Counted from the first letter of the stretch, positions 18,893 to 28,320 are shown. The stretch is 50,715 bases of DNA from Hormoscilla sp. (GCA_051439505.1 JBFRWI010000024.1:1-50715); one strand, 5' to 3'. Notes: generated by a model not told the origin, from the sequence alone. Numbers and translations: made by a program.

Positions 18893-19738
18893 GTGCCGGA
18901 ACTGCCGGAGGTAGAAACGGTCCGCCAGGGCCTCAATCAACTGACCCTGGATCGGGTAATATTGGGTGGGGAGGTTTTGCTCGCACGGGCGATCGCCCAC
19001 CCAATTTCTGTGTCTGCTTTCCTGGATGGACTCGAAGGTGTGGCGATCGCCCATTGGCATCGGCGCGGTAAATACTTGCTGGCAGAGTTAAAAAAAGCAG
19101 ATAGCCCTGGGGGCTGGTTGGGGGTTCACCTGCGGATGACGGGTCAGCTGTTGTGGGTGGAGAGAAGGGAACCGTTGCAGAAACATGGGCGGGTGCGCTT
19201 ATTTTTTGCGGGGGAAAAGGAATTGCGGTTTGTGGACCAGCGTACTTTCGGTCAGCTGTGGTGGGTACCGCCGGGGGAAAGGCCGGAAACAATTATTACA
19301 GGACTGCAAAAGTTGGGACCGGAACCTTGGGCAGCAGAGTTTTCGGTAACATATATGATGGGGAAGTTGGCAAAGAGTCGGCGTCCGATTAAAACGATGC
19401 TGCTGGATCAAGGATTTGTGGCCGGTATTGGTAATATTTATGCAGATGAAGCTCTGTTCCTGAGCGGGATCCCACCCCTGAAGAGTTGCTCTTCTTTGAG
19501 TCGGGAGCAAGTTGAGGGCCTGAAAAGGGCGATCGTCCAGGTTTTGGAAGCGGCGCTGGATGCTGGGGGAACTACTTTTAGCAATTTTCTCAATGTGCTG
19601 GGGGTGAATGGTAATTATGGGGGTGTGGCCTGGGTGTATAATCGGGCGGGAAAACCTTGTCGGGTCTGCGGAACCCTAATTCAGCGACAGAAGTTGGCGG
19701 GGCGATCGACTCATTTTTGTCCCCAATGTCAGAAATAA
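18893..19738 (+). CDS. mutM: formamidopyrimidine-DNA glycosylase
   Basis: GTG start, PELPEVET, RRGKYL, HLRMTG, GIGNIYADE, C-terminal CxxC..CxxC zinc finger. Confidence 0.96.
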   Translation: MPELPEVETVRQGLNQLTLDRVILGGEVLLARAIAHPISVSAFLDGLEGVAIAHWHRRGKYLLAELKKADSPGGWLGVHLRMTGQLLWVERREPLQKHGRVRLFFAGEKELRFVDQRTFGQLWWVPPGERPETIITGLQKLGPEPWAAEFSVTYMMGKLAKSRRPIKTMLLDQGFVAGIGNIYADEALFLSGIPPLKSCSSLSREQVEGLKRAIVQVLEAALDAGGTTFSNFLNVLGVNGNYGGVAWVYNRAGKPCRVCGTLIQRQKLAGRSTHFCPQCQK

Positions 19739-19806
19739 TCAGCGGTTAGTTGTATTGCTGGTGGGAGTATGTCAAAATGCGATCGCAGGATTTACAGGCA
19801 ATGGGT

Positions 19807-19833
19807 GTAGGGTGGGCACCGCCTACCATCTGC
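19807..19833 (+). repeat. GTAG-hairpin REP (family E)
   Basis: gtagggtgggcaccgcctaccatctgc; inverted copies at 45644-45666, 45694-45715, 46382-46408, 46433-46459. Confidence 0.8.
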
Positions 19834-19907
19834 TACAACCGTTACGAGATAACATTTTAACAAGCGTAAGTCCTGCTAATTAGTAATTTAGAGAAATATC
19901 GAGAAGT

Positions 19908-20129
19908 ATGGCAGATACAATTAAGAAGGGTTCGTTGGTTCGCGCGGTTCGCGAAAAGTTGGAAAATACGGTAGAAGCTAAGGCTAGCGACTCGCGCTTC
20001 TCGTCTTATATCTTTGAAACTAAAGGTGAGGTGATGGATACGCGGGGAGACTATGCTTTGGTAAAGTTTGGGTTCGTGCCGACGCCGAATATTTGGTTGC
20101 GCATGGACCAGTTGGAAATTATGAAGTAA
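19908..20129 (+). CDS. ndhO: NAD(P)H-quinone oxidoreductase subunit O
   Basis: [24 protein letters not shown]...YIFETKGEV...VPTPNIWLR. Confidence 0.93.
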   Translation: MADTIKKGSLVRAVREKLENTVEAKASDSRFSSYIFETKGEVMDTRGDYALVKFGFVPTPNIWLRMDQLEIMK

Positions 20130-20146
20130 ATCAAAGTTGGTAGGAT

Positions 20147-20291
20147 CCCGAACCCTGAAGGGTCCGGCTACAGGAACAAAGCCCGCCTGCGCGGGCTTAA
20201 TAACATTCAAGCCACCACGCCCGAAGCCCGAACCCTAAAGGGTTCGGCTACAGGTACAAAGCCCGCCTGCGCGGGCTTAATGATATTCAAG
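20147..20291. repeat. two tandem copies of dispersed repeat family C
   Basis: cccgaaccct.aagggt.cggctacagg.acaaagcccgcctgcgcgggct at 20147 and 20227; also at 40663 and inverted near 46333. Confidence 0.85.
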
Positions 20292-20346
20292 AGATACACC
20301 CGTACAATAATCATAGGGGCGCGATCGCATATAGAAAATTTCCCTA

Positions 20347-20448
<102 letters not shown>

Positions 20449-20614
20449 TCATCGTTCCAGAGATGTTGGCACAAGATATCTCTCTGTGACGGGAAGTAGA
20501 TATCGAACAGTGCTAAAGGGACATCGGTGACGGGTTTTAGCCTAGCTTCAGGATCTCGTTAAATTTATTTCTGAGATGAGAAGATACTATCAAAGGTTTA
20601 TATACTTCTCCGAC

Positions 20615-21064
20615 CTAGGGTTTCCACAAATAACCGGGAGCAAAAATCCGGAAATCCACAGGAGAACCCATCTTCTGCCATAAGCTTGATGTTAGTACCA
20701 GTCCCGAAAAGGAAATGTCGGGGGGCATTGCTGTCAGTTCGCTGTAGGTTCTGAATTCATCTACTTCGACTCCTACTAAAGCATAACGATATGTTGGGGC
20801 GGACTGCAACTGTTTATATAATATTATGCCAATTTCTGTCATGCGATCGGCATCTTCAGGAGTGGTAATACCCTGTTGACTGACGCTACTGGGACAAACT
20901 CTAGTCCACCAGTTATCTTCACCGTCCTGAAATATTTCAGTCTGACATATGCATTCTACTCCACTAGATATCTGCCAAGAATGTTCGTGAAAATGCTTGG
21001 CAAATGCTGACGCTGTTGACTGATTTGAACCGCATTCGGCAGACAAGCTAAAAATTAAAGCCAT
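20615..21064 (-). CDS. hypothetical protein
   Basis: 149-aa ORF with upstream AAGGA; no recognised motif. Confidence 0.65.
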   Translation of the reverse strand: MALIFSLSAECGSNQSTASAFAKHFHEHSWQISSGVECICQTEIFQDGEDNWWTRVCPSSVSQQGITTPEDADRMTEIGIILYKQLQSAPTYRYALVGVEVDEFRTYSELTAMPPDISFSGLVLTSSLWQKMGSPVDFRIFAPGYLWKP

Positions 21065-21250
21065 AATTAATTTTATCCTTTGTAGGATGGATGCGGGGCG
21101 TGAATGTCTTCCTTTGATCTTCTCTAGTTTGCTTTTCTGTTCAGCCGATCGCCGGCTAAACTCTCGTTTTTTCGCCCCGAGGGCGCGGTGCCAGGTATCG
21201 GATCGCCGGAATGCCTATGATGTCGTAGAAAATTTTCCCTTTATCTTTTT

Positions 21251-22198
21251 TTATTCTCGGCTGTGCCACTTATATGCTACAGTAGCTGTGTCACGCACCG
21301 TCTCGCATGAAACAAGTTTCACTGCCTCATAGAATACTACTAGCAAAACAAACACCAAACTACACACACTACACTTCACATTCTCTCTCCAACTAGCTCC
21401 TGTAATCTCTTCTAACCCAAATACTGCGCTGAAACTTGCGAAAGATATCACTATATACCAAACATAATCAATAGGACGCGGAAAATCATTTTCACCCACA
21501 CATTTGGATATCTTTTGGGCTTGCTTAATTTGTTCATGGACTTGCTTAATTTTTTCGATCGGAATGCCATAATTCTCTTTAATCCCACCACTTGGATTTC
21601 CTTTGCCGTGAATGCCCACGATCGCCCCTGATTCATCCAGGACGGGACCGCCACTCATCCCCCCGCGCGTGGTATTATTATAAATCAAGGTATAGCCTTC
21701 TGGAGCCTGTGGAGAGATACCGATAATTTGACCGGGACTTACCCGCAGCGTGCGTATGGGAACCTCGTCAGTCGATGCAGGTACGCCCGCGACGTAAACT
21801 GTTGTGCCAATATCCACTTGCGAGGAGTTTCCAAACTTCCCGACTCTATAGCTATTGGAACTGTCAAACTGCATTACTGCCAAGTCCACTCCCTCGATGG
21901 GTTTAATATTGGCAGTATTTGGGGAGTGTCGCACTCCATCGGGGGTAATCACTCTACAAAACTCCTGGTTAGTCTTGATAACATGATTGGCTGTCAAAAC
22001 CTGGTAGGTGTTGTCCTGTCGGTGGAAAATTACCCCCGAACCGGAACTACAGCCATCTATTGTCACTGTGATTTCCTTGGCGATCTTGGTCACCTCTGTC
22101 GCAGATTTGGTACAGCCCAATATGGAGACCTGCATTAGGGCGATGGTCGTGCCAAGCAGAAATGCTGATCGTTTTGACATCTTTTTCATTTGTTTCAT
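21251..22198 (-). CDS. trypsin-like serine protease (lipoprotein, C-terminal TM helices)
   Basis: GSGVI, LTANHV (His), VDLAVM (Asp), GMSGGPV (Ser); lipobox ILGC; start codon uncertain. Confidence 0.85.
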   Translation of the reverse strand: MKQMKKMSKRSAFLLGTTIALMQVSILGCTKSATEVTKIAKEITVTIDGCSSGSGVIFHRQDNTYQVLTANHVIKTNQEFCRVITPDGVRHSPNTANIKPIEGVDLAVMQFDSSNSYRVGKFGNSSQVDIGTTVYVAGVPASTDEVPIRTLRVSPGQIIGISPQAPEGYTLIYNNTTRGGMSGGPVLDESGAIVGIHGKGNPSGGIKENYGIPIEKIKQVHEQIKQAQKISKCVGENDFPRPIDYVWYIVISFASFSAVFGLEEITGASWRENVKCSVCSLVFVLLVVFYEAVKLVSCETVRDTATVAYKWHSRE

Positions 22199-22221
22199 GG
22201 TCCGCAGGGGGTTTATCAATT

Positions 22222-22593
22222 AGTCTCATGGCCCGCCGTGGGTTCAAACCCACGGCTAATAGCTAAAGTCGGTTGAAAACCGACTGCAAACATTTTTCTC
22301 CCGATCGAGGTTTCTGCCTGGGAGCGATCGGAGGGGGCGATCGTGCGATCGCCCACGGGAGGCAGATCCTCAGGGACGGCGTTCCCAGGGAGACCCACCG
22401 GAACGAGGAACCTTCAATTTTTCGATTTGTCCCGTTACCCCGCAGGGGGTTCAAACCCCCTGCTAATAGCTAAAGTCGGTTGAAAACCGACTGCAAACAT
22501 TTTTCTCTCGATTTCTCAACAATGTCTCTGAGTGGGTTTTAACCCACTTGAGCTATTAGCCGTGGGTTTTAACCCACGGCGGGCCAGGAGACT
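22222..22593. repeat. nest of repeat families B and D between protease and COP23 genes
   Basis: Duplicated gggttcaaacc...gctaatagctaaagtcggttgaaaaccgactgcaaacatttttctc near 22240 and 22447; D-like ggaggcagatcctc...gcgttcccagg; B copy at 22531. Confidence 0.8.
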
Positions 22594-23195
22594 TACCAAC
22601 CGCTTCCCTGTGGCAGAATTTTATTTACTAAAACTTCCAAAGGAATGGAGTCGGGAAACTCCTCTCTTTCATATACTGGGCTACTACCTGTTTTGCCTTG
22701 ACTAAAATTAGTTAACCTTGCCAGGACCTCTCGGCGTTTTTGCACAGTGTCCGCATTCTCATTCTTTAGGGTGAAGAGAAGATTGCGATCGTTACAAGGA
22801 GATGACCCCGAGGTGGATGACCCCGTTTGAATGACAAAGCAAACCACTGGATATTTATTATGAGTGCCGGTAGTTATATCCAAGTTGCTCAACATGCCCC
22901 CATTGCTAGCCACCGCGTCGGTAAAGCGTTGAGAGACAATGTCACAGCGTTTCTCCGGTGTATAATCATTCCCAAATTCTATAGTATTCCAGACAATCAT
23001 CGGGCCTTGGGAAACAGCATTACCTCTTTGAGCAAAGGTTCCCCATGTGTTCTGGTATGGCTTACACTTGAATGTGGTGGGCTCGCTAGACAGGGGAGTT
23101 ACGGTTGTTTGCTGGGGGGTACAGGCGACAATGCCAGACATGGTTACAGCGGTAGCTAGCATTCTAGCAGTAAAGTGTCCGGGTTTGGCAGTCAT
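22593..23195 (-). CDS. COP23 domain protein
   Basis: TTFKC, MIVWNTIEFG..YTPEKRCDIVSQRF, YPVVC, LLFTL; lipobox IVAC. Confidence 0.8.
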   Translation of the reverse strand: MTAKPGHFTARMLATAVTMSGIVACTPQQTTVTPLSSEPTTFKCKPYQNTWGTFAQRGNAVSQGPMIVWNTIEFGNDYTPEKRCDIVSQRFTDAVASNGGMLSNLDITTGTHNKYPVVCFVIQTGSSTSGSSPCNDRNLLFTLKNENADTVQKRREVLARLTNFSQGKTGSSPVYEREEFPDSIPLEVLVNKILPQGSGW

Positions 23196-23325
23196 GGTGG
23201 CACCTCCGGTGATTTGGTGACAATAGTGGTTGTGATGCCATTTTACACCGGGCATCCCCGATCGGTAATAGCCAACCCGGCAACTTCTGCGAAACAGAGT
23301 TTCTTATGGCAAATGCTGTTAGCAG

Positions 23326-23442
23326 ATCCTCTCTCGCCTCGTCCCGGGCTACGGAACCAAACAATGCCAATGATTTTACCCCCAAAGCTGTCAGTTCGGT
23401 GGCGTGGGCTGATAAAATTTCTATTGCCCGATCGCGTCGCAT
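23326..23442 (-). pseudogene. N-terminal fragment of a minimal nucleotidyltransferase (MNT) antitoxin
   Basis: MRRDRAIEILSAH..ELTALGVKSLALFGSVARDEARED, then similarity is lost before the expected SDVD motif. Confidence 0.7.
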
Positions 23443-23538
23443 AGCTTTAATACCTCAATAGCTTACTATTTAATAGTTTAACATAGTAACAAGTGGGCGA
23501 GTCAGGAATGATCTTTACCCCGCATTCGCACCTATTTG

Positions 23539-24135
23539 CTAGACATCATCCCAACCACTACCATAATCACGAACTGGATATGTTGTCCAAGAATCGCGTA
23601 ACCATTGTCGTCCGAAATCTTCCAGATACCAGTGAACGCTGCTATCTAACCAGTCATAAGGAGACTTTACCCAGCCATGTTTAACAGGGTTGTAGTGGAT
23701 ATAGTTGAGAGTTGTATAGTAATGTCTTTCAGAACGAATTGCTCTATCTGAATAATTATACCATATTTTACGTCCCTTGACATTTTCCTGAATATTCCAT
23801 TCACGAGATATCGGTCCGTGAACTAAACGAATTATCTTACCGATGGGATCGAAGTTGGTGACATGGACCAGCAAATGATAGTGATTGGGTAAGACGACCC
23901 AGGCAAGTAAGTCTATTTCATTTGTGACAAATTTCTCAAAGAGACGATTTAGTAGGTGCTGGCGGCGAGATGCAGTTGTCATGTGGCATTTATGTTCGTA
24001 ACAGGATGCTGTGAGGAGATAATAGGGGCGATCGCGAACTTGATGAGGGGGGGAGTGAGGAGGGAAGCCACGAGAAAGGCGTTCTGCAACCAATTCGGCT
24101 TGTTGTTCGGGAGTGAGTCGGCGATATTCATACAT
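23539..24135 (-). CDS. REP-associated tyrosine transposase (RAYT, Y1 HUH family)
   Basis: YYLLTAS, AWVVLPNHYHLLV (HUH), IWYNYSDRAIR, NYIHYNPVKHGWV..PYDW..SS. Confidence 0.9.
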   Translation of the reverse strand: MYEYRRLTPEQQAELVAERLSRGFPPHSPPHQVRDRPYYLLTASCYEHKCHMTTASRRQHLLNRLFEKFVTNEIDLLAWVVLPNHYHLLVHVTNFDPIGKIIRLVHGPISREWNIQENVKGRKIWYNYSDRAIRSERHYYTTLNYIHYNPVKHGWVKSPYDWLDSSVHWYLEDFGRQWLRDSWTTYPVRDYGSGWDDV

Positions 24136-24156
24136 AAGCTTGCAAGTTCATTAATT

Positions 24157-24450
24157 AGGTTCGTAGTAAACGCTTTAGTGTTTAGCAGTAGGTGCGCAGG
24201 TTCGTAGTAAACGCTTTAGCGTTTAGCAGTAGGTGCGCAGGTTCGTAGTAAACGCTTTAGCGTTTAGCAGTAGGTGCGCAGGTTCGTAGTAAACGCTTTA
24301 GCGTTTAGCAGCAGGTGCGCAGGTTCGTAGTAAACGCTTTAGCGGAAGCACTAAAGTGCTTACTACGAACCCATCACAGCCAAGCACTAAAGTGCTTACT
24401 ACGAACCTACCACAGCCAAGCACTAAAGTGCTTACTACGAACCTGCCACA
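24157..24450. repeat. head-to-head REP array (family A): 41-bp unit x about 4.6, then inverted 36-bp unit x about 3
   Basis: aggttcgtagtaaacgctttagcgtttagcagtaggtgcgc at 24157/24198/24239/24280/24321; aagcactaaagtgcttactacgaacc at 24346/24382/24418. Confidence 0.92.
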
Positions 24451-24452
24451 AC

Positions 24453-26357
24453 TCAAACCTGCTGCAAATATTCCTCAAACTTCTCCTGTAGTTGTTCGAT
24501 CGCCAAATCTTGAGTCCAATACTCCACCAAAGCGTGGCCCAATGCCCAAGCATTTTGTTCGGGAGAACCGGTATTTTCTTGCAGCAGGGGCCAGAGTTTA
24601 ACCATGTCAAATTTCAGCGGGTTACTATCACTATTCAACAGGGAAAACAGGTCATAGGCCATCTGCAGTTTTCCTATTACTACAGGTAACTGTTCCACAG
24701 GTATTTTCTCTGCTAGCACATAAGCTAGGGCAGGACTACCCGTTGAAATTGTGGAAATGAATTCCAATACCGGACTTTTCAGTAATGCCGTCAGTCCCTG
24801 TGTCGTTGCCATCTGAAAGGTGTAGCGATCGATAATCTTCGCAGCAGCAATAGTTCGCCCTTCCCGATCGCGCAAAAAGCGGGCCAGGCGCAGTTGCTTT
24901 GCCGGCGCGATAGCCTCTACCAGGGCCACGGATAGGGCCTCCACATTCCAGGCAGTTCTCCCGGTTTTCATGTCCCCGGTTACCACGGGTAAAACCCGAT
25001 CGCAGGTATCTTTTAACAGTTCAGCCCGATACTCCGTAGCTGCGCGAATATTGCTTTCTTTAGTACCCTTGCCGCTTTGCCAGTTGTAGGGCGGTTGCCA
25101 CTCCCGCACCGGACGCAGGCGATCGACCTGAGTAACAATAGTAATTACGGGCAGGTCTGTCACATTCCCTTGCAGATCTTGGAGAAAGTCCACATCCATT
25201 TGCAAAGCCGGATCCAAAGCCGGAGTTACTAGCAGCAGCAGATCGGCATTAGTAGCATAGTCTAGCACGAGTTCTCGCAGTTCCCCACGGTTTACCTGTT
25301 CGTAACCGGGCGTATCCCAAAGAGTGAGAGTTTCCGTTTTACTCTGCCAATGGTAATTGGCAATGCGATCGGTACTGGGCAAGACATCAACTGCGGCCAT
25401 TTCTGCCTGAAATAAGGTATTAATCAAACTGCTTTTCCCAGACCCCGTTCGTCCCACTAAAAGAATATTAACAGGTTTTTGCTCGACGGCATCTTCCGGT
25501 TCCGCTTGGGCGATAATATCTCCCAGAGTTTGAGTTTTCGCCTTCGGGAGAGTTGCTTGAGAAACAGCGAATGATTCTGCTGGTAAACTGGTGCCGCTGT
25601 AAAGGGCGATCGCCTGGCGACACAAGTTCCGCAAAGCAGTTTCCCGCAACAGTCCCGACAAATTGACCAGCAATTGCTGATTTGCCTCCGTACTATAGCG
25701 CTGACTCGCTCGTTTTGCCAAGGCCGCTACTGGGTTTAACAGCCACTGGGCCCAATTCCAGACTTTCCATAGTTTCCGAGCCGAAGGTTCCAGCTTCTGA
25801 TATACTTCATATGCCTGATATGCTTGTCCCACTGTTACTTGATTGAGGGCCGGAGATAACTGTGCCATCCAGCGATCCAGGTCATCCAATGTGCCTCGCA
25901 TCAGGGCGTAAGCTTGGGGAATGTAGATGTTCAACAGGGGATATTTCACCTCTGGATAATAAATGTTGGCGACTGCCACCACCACCGACTGACATCGCTG
26001 CCAAAATGTTTGCCAGTCCTCCCAGATCTGGCGATCGTCCTTTGTATTTTCCAGGATCTCTTGCAATGCTGCTTCCGCTTTTTCTGTAGATGCATCTCCT
26101 ACTATGCTGCTATCATCTGCTACAGATTCCAGTTTTTTGCCTGCCTCCGCTACTGCCGCTTCTACCTGGTCTAGTACAGGTCGAGTCCATTTTACCAGCA
26201 GCCAGCGCCAGCCCACAAATACCAAAATCAAGATTCCCCAGATCCAACTAATGCCCCAATAGTGAATTTGTAATCCCGCCGCTAACATCAGGAAAATCGC
26301 GATCGCGGCGATCGGGGTTACCAAAATGAGCCACTGCCATAACTTTAATCTTACCAT
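24453..26357 (-). CDS. membrane-anchored GTPase (MMR_HSR1/Era-like G domain)
   Basis: Two N-terminal TM helices; GRTGSGKS, DTPG, TQVD; ATG 26357 (the longer ORF start lies in a repeat). Confidence 0.85.
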   Translation of the reverse strand: MVRLKLWQWLILVTPIAAIAIFLMLAAGLQIHYWGISWIWGILILVFVGWRWLLVKWTRPVLDQVEAAVAEAGKKLESVADDSSIVGDASTEKAEAALQEILENTKDDRQIWEDWQTFWQRCQSVVVAVANIYYPEVKYPLLNIYIPQAYALMRGTLDDLDRWMAQLSPALNQVTVGQAYQAYEVYQKLEPSARKLWKVWNWAQWLLNPVAALAKRASQRYSTEANQQLLVNLSGLLRETALRNLCRQAIALYSGTSLPAESFAVSQATLPKAKTQTLGDIIAQAEPEDAVEQKPVNILLVGRTGSGKSSLINTLFQAEMAAVDVLPSTDRIANYHWQSKTETLTLWDTPGYEQVNRGELRELVLDYATNADLLLLVTPALDPALQMDVDFLQDLQGNVTDLPVITIVTQVDRLRPVREWQPPYNWQSGKGTKESNIRAATEYRAELLKDTCDRVLPVVTGDMKTGRTAWNVEALSVALVEAIAPAKQLRLARFLRDREGRTIAAAKIIDRYTFQMATTQGLTALLKSPVLEFISTISTGSPALAYVLAEKIPVEQLPVVIGKLQMAYDLFSLLNSDSNPLKFDMVKLWPLLQENTGSPEQNAWALGHALVEYWTQDLAIEQLQEKFEEYLQQV

Positions 26358-26437
26358 TACCTTGCGTCCATCACTGCTATGATTATATACTATATTTTGC
26401 CAGACTTTGCGCGAAAGTTTTCTCACTTCGCTGTCAG

Positions 26438-26536
26438 CCCGCCTTCCGTGTATCGTGGGAGCGCTATTCGCACTACCCACGATACACGGAGGGTTCAAAC
26501 CCCGGGCTAATAGCTAAAGGAGGGTTTTGACCGACT
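26438..26536. repeat. family B repeat interrupted by a perfect 15-bp hairpin
   Basis: tccgtgtatcgtggg (26445-26459) / cccacgatacacgga (26476-26490) lying between cccgcc and gggttcaaac. Confidence 0.7.
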
Positions 26537-26630
26537 AATCAAATCACGATTAAAGTAATTGTATTACCCATTCTACTATTTGCTATACTTGTGATAATAT
26601 AACAATCTAGTCTATAATAGCAAAACAGCC

Positions 26631-26939
26631 ATGAGTAAGTCAGCTATGGAAACCCTGACAGACATTGGTACAATGATTGTGAGGACGCCAGGAACCTGCG
26701 GCGGGCGTCCCCGGATCGCTGGAAGCCGGATCGCGGTTCAGTTCGTCGTTAATGAGATCGAGGCAGGTGTCACTCCTGAAGAAATTATAGAAGATAAGCC
26801 CCACCTGAATCTTGCAGGTATCTATGCGGCTTTAGCATACTACTACGCAAATCAAACAGCAATGGAGGCCGAATTTGCCGCCGATGAAGAAGAATGCGAT
26901 CGCCTTGAAGCTGAGTATAAAGCAGGAAAGTTATCATGA
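26631..26939 (+). CDS. DUF433 family antitoxin-like protein
   Basis: PGTCGGRPRIAGSRIAV...GVTPEEI...PHL...IYAALAYY. Confidence 0.88.
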   Translation: MSKSAMETLTDIGTMIVRTPGTCGGRPRIAGSRIAVQFVVNEIEAGVTPEEIIEDKPHLNLAGIYAALAYYYANQTAMEAEFAADEEECDRLEAEYKAGKLS

Positions 26940-27005
26940 GCAATATTCCCATGAATTGAGATTAAAATAAAAATAATGCCGATCGCCAATCGTTTATAAT
27001 TTAAT

Positions 27006-27217
27006 GTAGGTTGGGTTGAGGCACGAAACCCAACCATGTAGGAGGTAAGAGAAGGGAACCATCACGATCGAGGCACAAGTAGAGGTACAAAACTAAACCA
27101 TGCATGAAGTAATATGGGGTGCGCTCACTTGTAGTTGCTCGCCAAGCAGACAAGAAACCGGGTTTCTGCGACAATCTATGGTTAAGAGCCGAAAATATTG
27201 CAAGAAACCCGGTTTCT
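27006..27217. repeat. GTAG hairpin plus paired AGAAACCNGGTTTCT palindromic repeats
   Basis: gtaggttgggtt...aacccaacc at 27006; agaaaccgggtttct at 27153 and agaaacccggtttct at 27203; similar near 33937. Confidence 0.65.
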
Positions 27218-27280
27218 GGCCACTCGCGAGGGTTCCGACGTACAAACTGTTTTTGACCACGGTAAGATGAGGTAGCCATC

Positions 27281-27895
27281 ATGATTCAGGTACAAGCAAA
27301 ACCCATGAGTTTTGAGGAATTCATGGAGTGGTATCCAGAGGACGGAAAACAGTACGAACTAATAGAAGGGGTAATTGTAGAAATGCTGCCAACCGGTCCT
27401 CATGAAGACATAAGTGGTTTTCTAGTCGCAAAAATCAACAATGAAATTGAGAAACGGGAACTGAATTACTCTATTCCCAGAAGTTGTCTGCTCAAACCAC
27501 TGGCACCTGGTTCGGGATATCAACCAGATGTAACGGTTCTGGATAGAGAATTAATTAAAGAGGAACCTCTATGGCAAAAAGCATCGGTCATCCAAAATGG
27601 CAAAACAGTACCTTTAGTCATCGAAGTAGTCAGTACAAACTCGCGGGATGACTACGGGCACAAGTTAGTAGAATATGAAGCAATGGGTATTGCCGAATAT
27701 TGGATTGTAGATTATCGTGCTTTGGGTGCAGTCCGTTACATCGGTAAGCCCAAACAACCAACTATAACAGTGTGTCAGTTGATGGAAGGCGAGTACCAGA
27801 TGCAGCGCTTTATTGCGGGTCAGCGCTTGTCATCTCAGATTTTCCCGGAACTGGACTTGACAACGGACAGCATTTTTCAAGCAGGAAGGTTATAG
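27281..27895 (+). CDS. Uma2 (DUF820) family endonuclease-like protein
   Basis: YELIEG, H, QPDV, LVIEVVS, DY..K...Y...GIAEYWIVD. Confidence 0.92.
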   Translation: MIQVQAKPMSFEEFMEWYPEDGKQYELIEGVIVEMLPTGPHEDISGFLVAKINNEIEKRELNYSIPRSCLLKPLAPGSGYQPDVTVLDRELIKEEPLWQKASVIQNGKTVPLVIEVVSTNSRDDYGHKLVEYEAMGIAEYWIVDYRALGAVRYIGKPKQPTITVCQLMEGEYQMQRFIAGQRLSSQIFPELDLTTDSIFQAGRL

Positions 27896-27934
27896 TTATG
27901 AAAAAATGCCCTGAAATCGTTATAGTATAGACTA

Positions 27935-28259
27935 TAATGTCACTGAAATTAAGCTGTCATTGCGAGGGGGGGGATCCCAAACAGACCTTGTGGGATTGTC
28001 ACCAGTAGACCCCCCCGAAGCAATCTCCTACCCCCTACCGACAGCGGAGATTGCTTCGGGGGAGTTAACTCATAAGCGTCAATTTTTAGGCTCTCAAAGC
28101 GAAGAATCATCCGAAATGCACTCTTCTTCCCCCCCGAAGCAATCTCAACCTCCAGCTATTGGTCGGGAGATTGCTTCGGGGGGGGCTGTTGGTGGAGTTC
28201 CCCACAATATCGGTTTGGACCCCCCCCCCTCGCAATGACAACTTAAGTCAGTGCCATTC
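27935..28259. mobile_element. 325-bp palindromic MITE-like element
   Basis: Long imperfect TIRs aatgtcactga..taagctgtcattgcgaggggggg / ccccccctcgcaatgacaacttaagtcagtgccatt; two internal cgaagcaatctc/gagattgcttcg hairpins; GACTA direct repeat on both flanks. Confidence 0.75.
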
Positions 28260-28320
28260 GACTATGGGGTCTTCAATCTGGTAAACTCAGAGTTCGAGAG
28301 ATGGTTATTTAGGAAGGGAA

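Noticed and set aside
23539..24135. IS200/IS605 insertion sequence
   Set aside because: No tnpB and no paired IS end hairpins on both sides; the NPVKHG..W..SS C-terminus fits RAYT
24157..24450. CRISPR array
   Set aside because: Inter-repeat segments are identical or nearly so, orientation flips mid-array, no cas genes are present, and the units have GTAG-hairpin REP structure beside a RAYT
24356..24601. 81-aa ORF with repeated TKVLTTN peptide
   Set aside because: Translation of the REP array, antisense to the GTPase 3' end
26358..26498. N-terminal extension of the GTPase ORF
   Set aside because: Upstream start falls within repeat sequence; ATG 26357 before the TM helices is more plausible
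27960..28238. 92-aa ORF
   Set aside because: Lies wholly inside the palindromic MITE; low complexity
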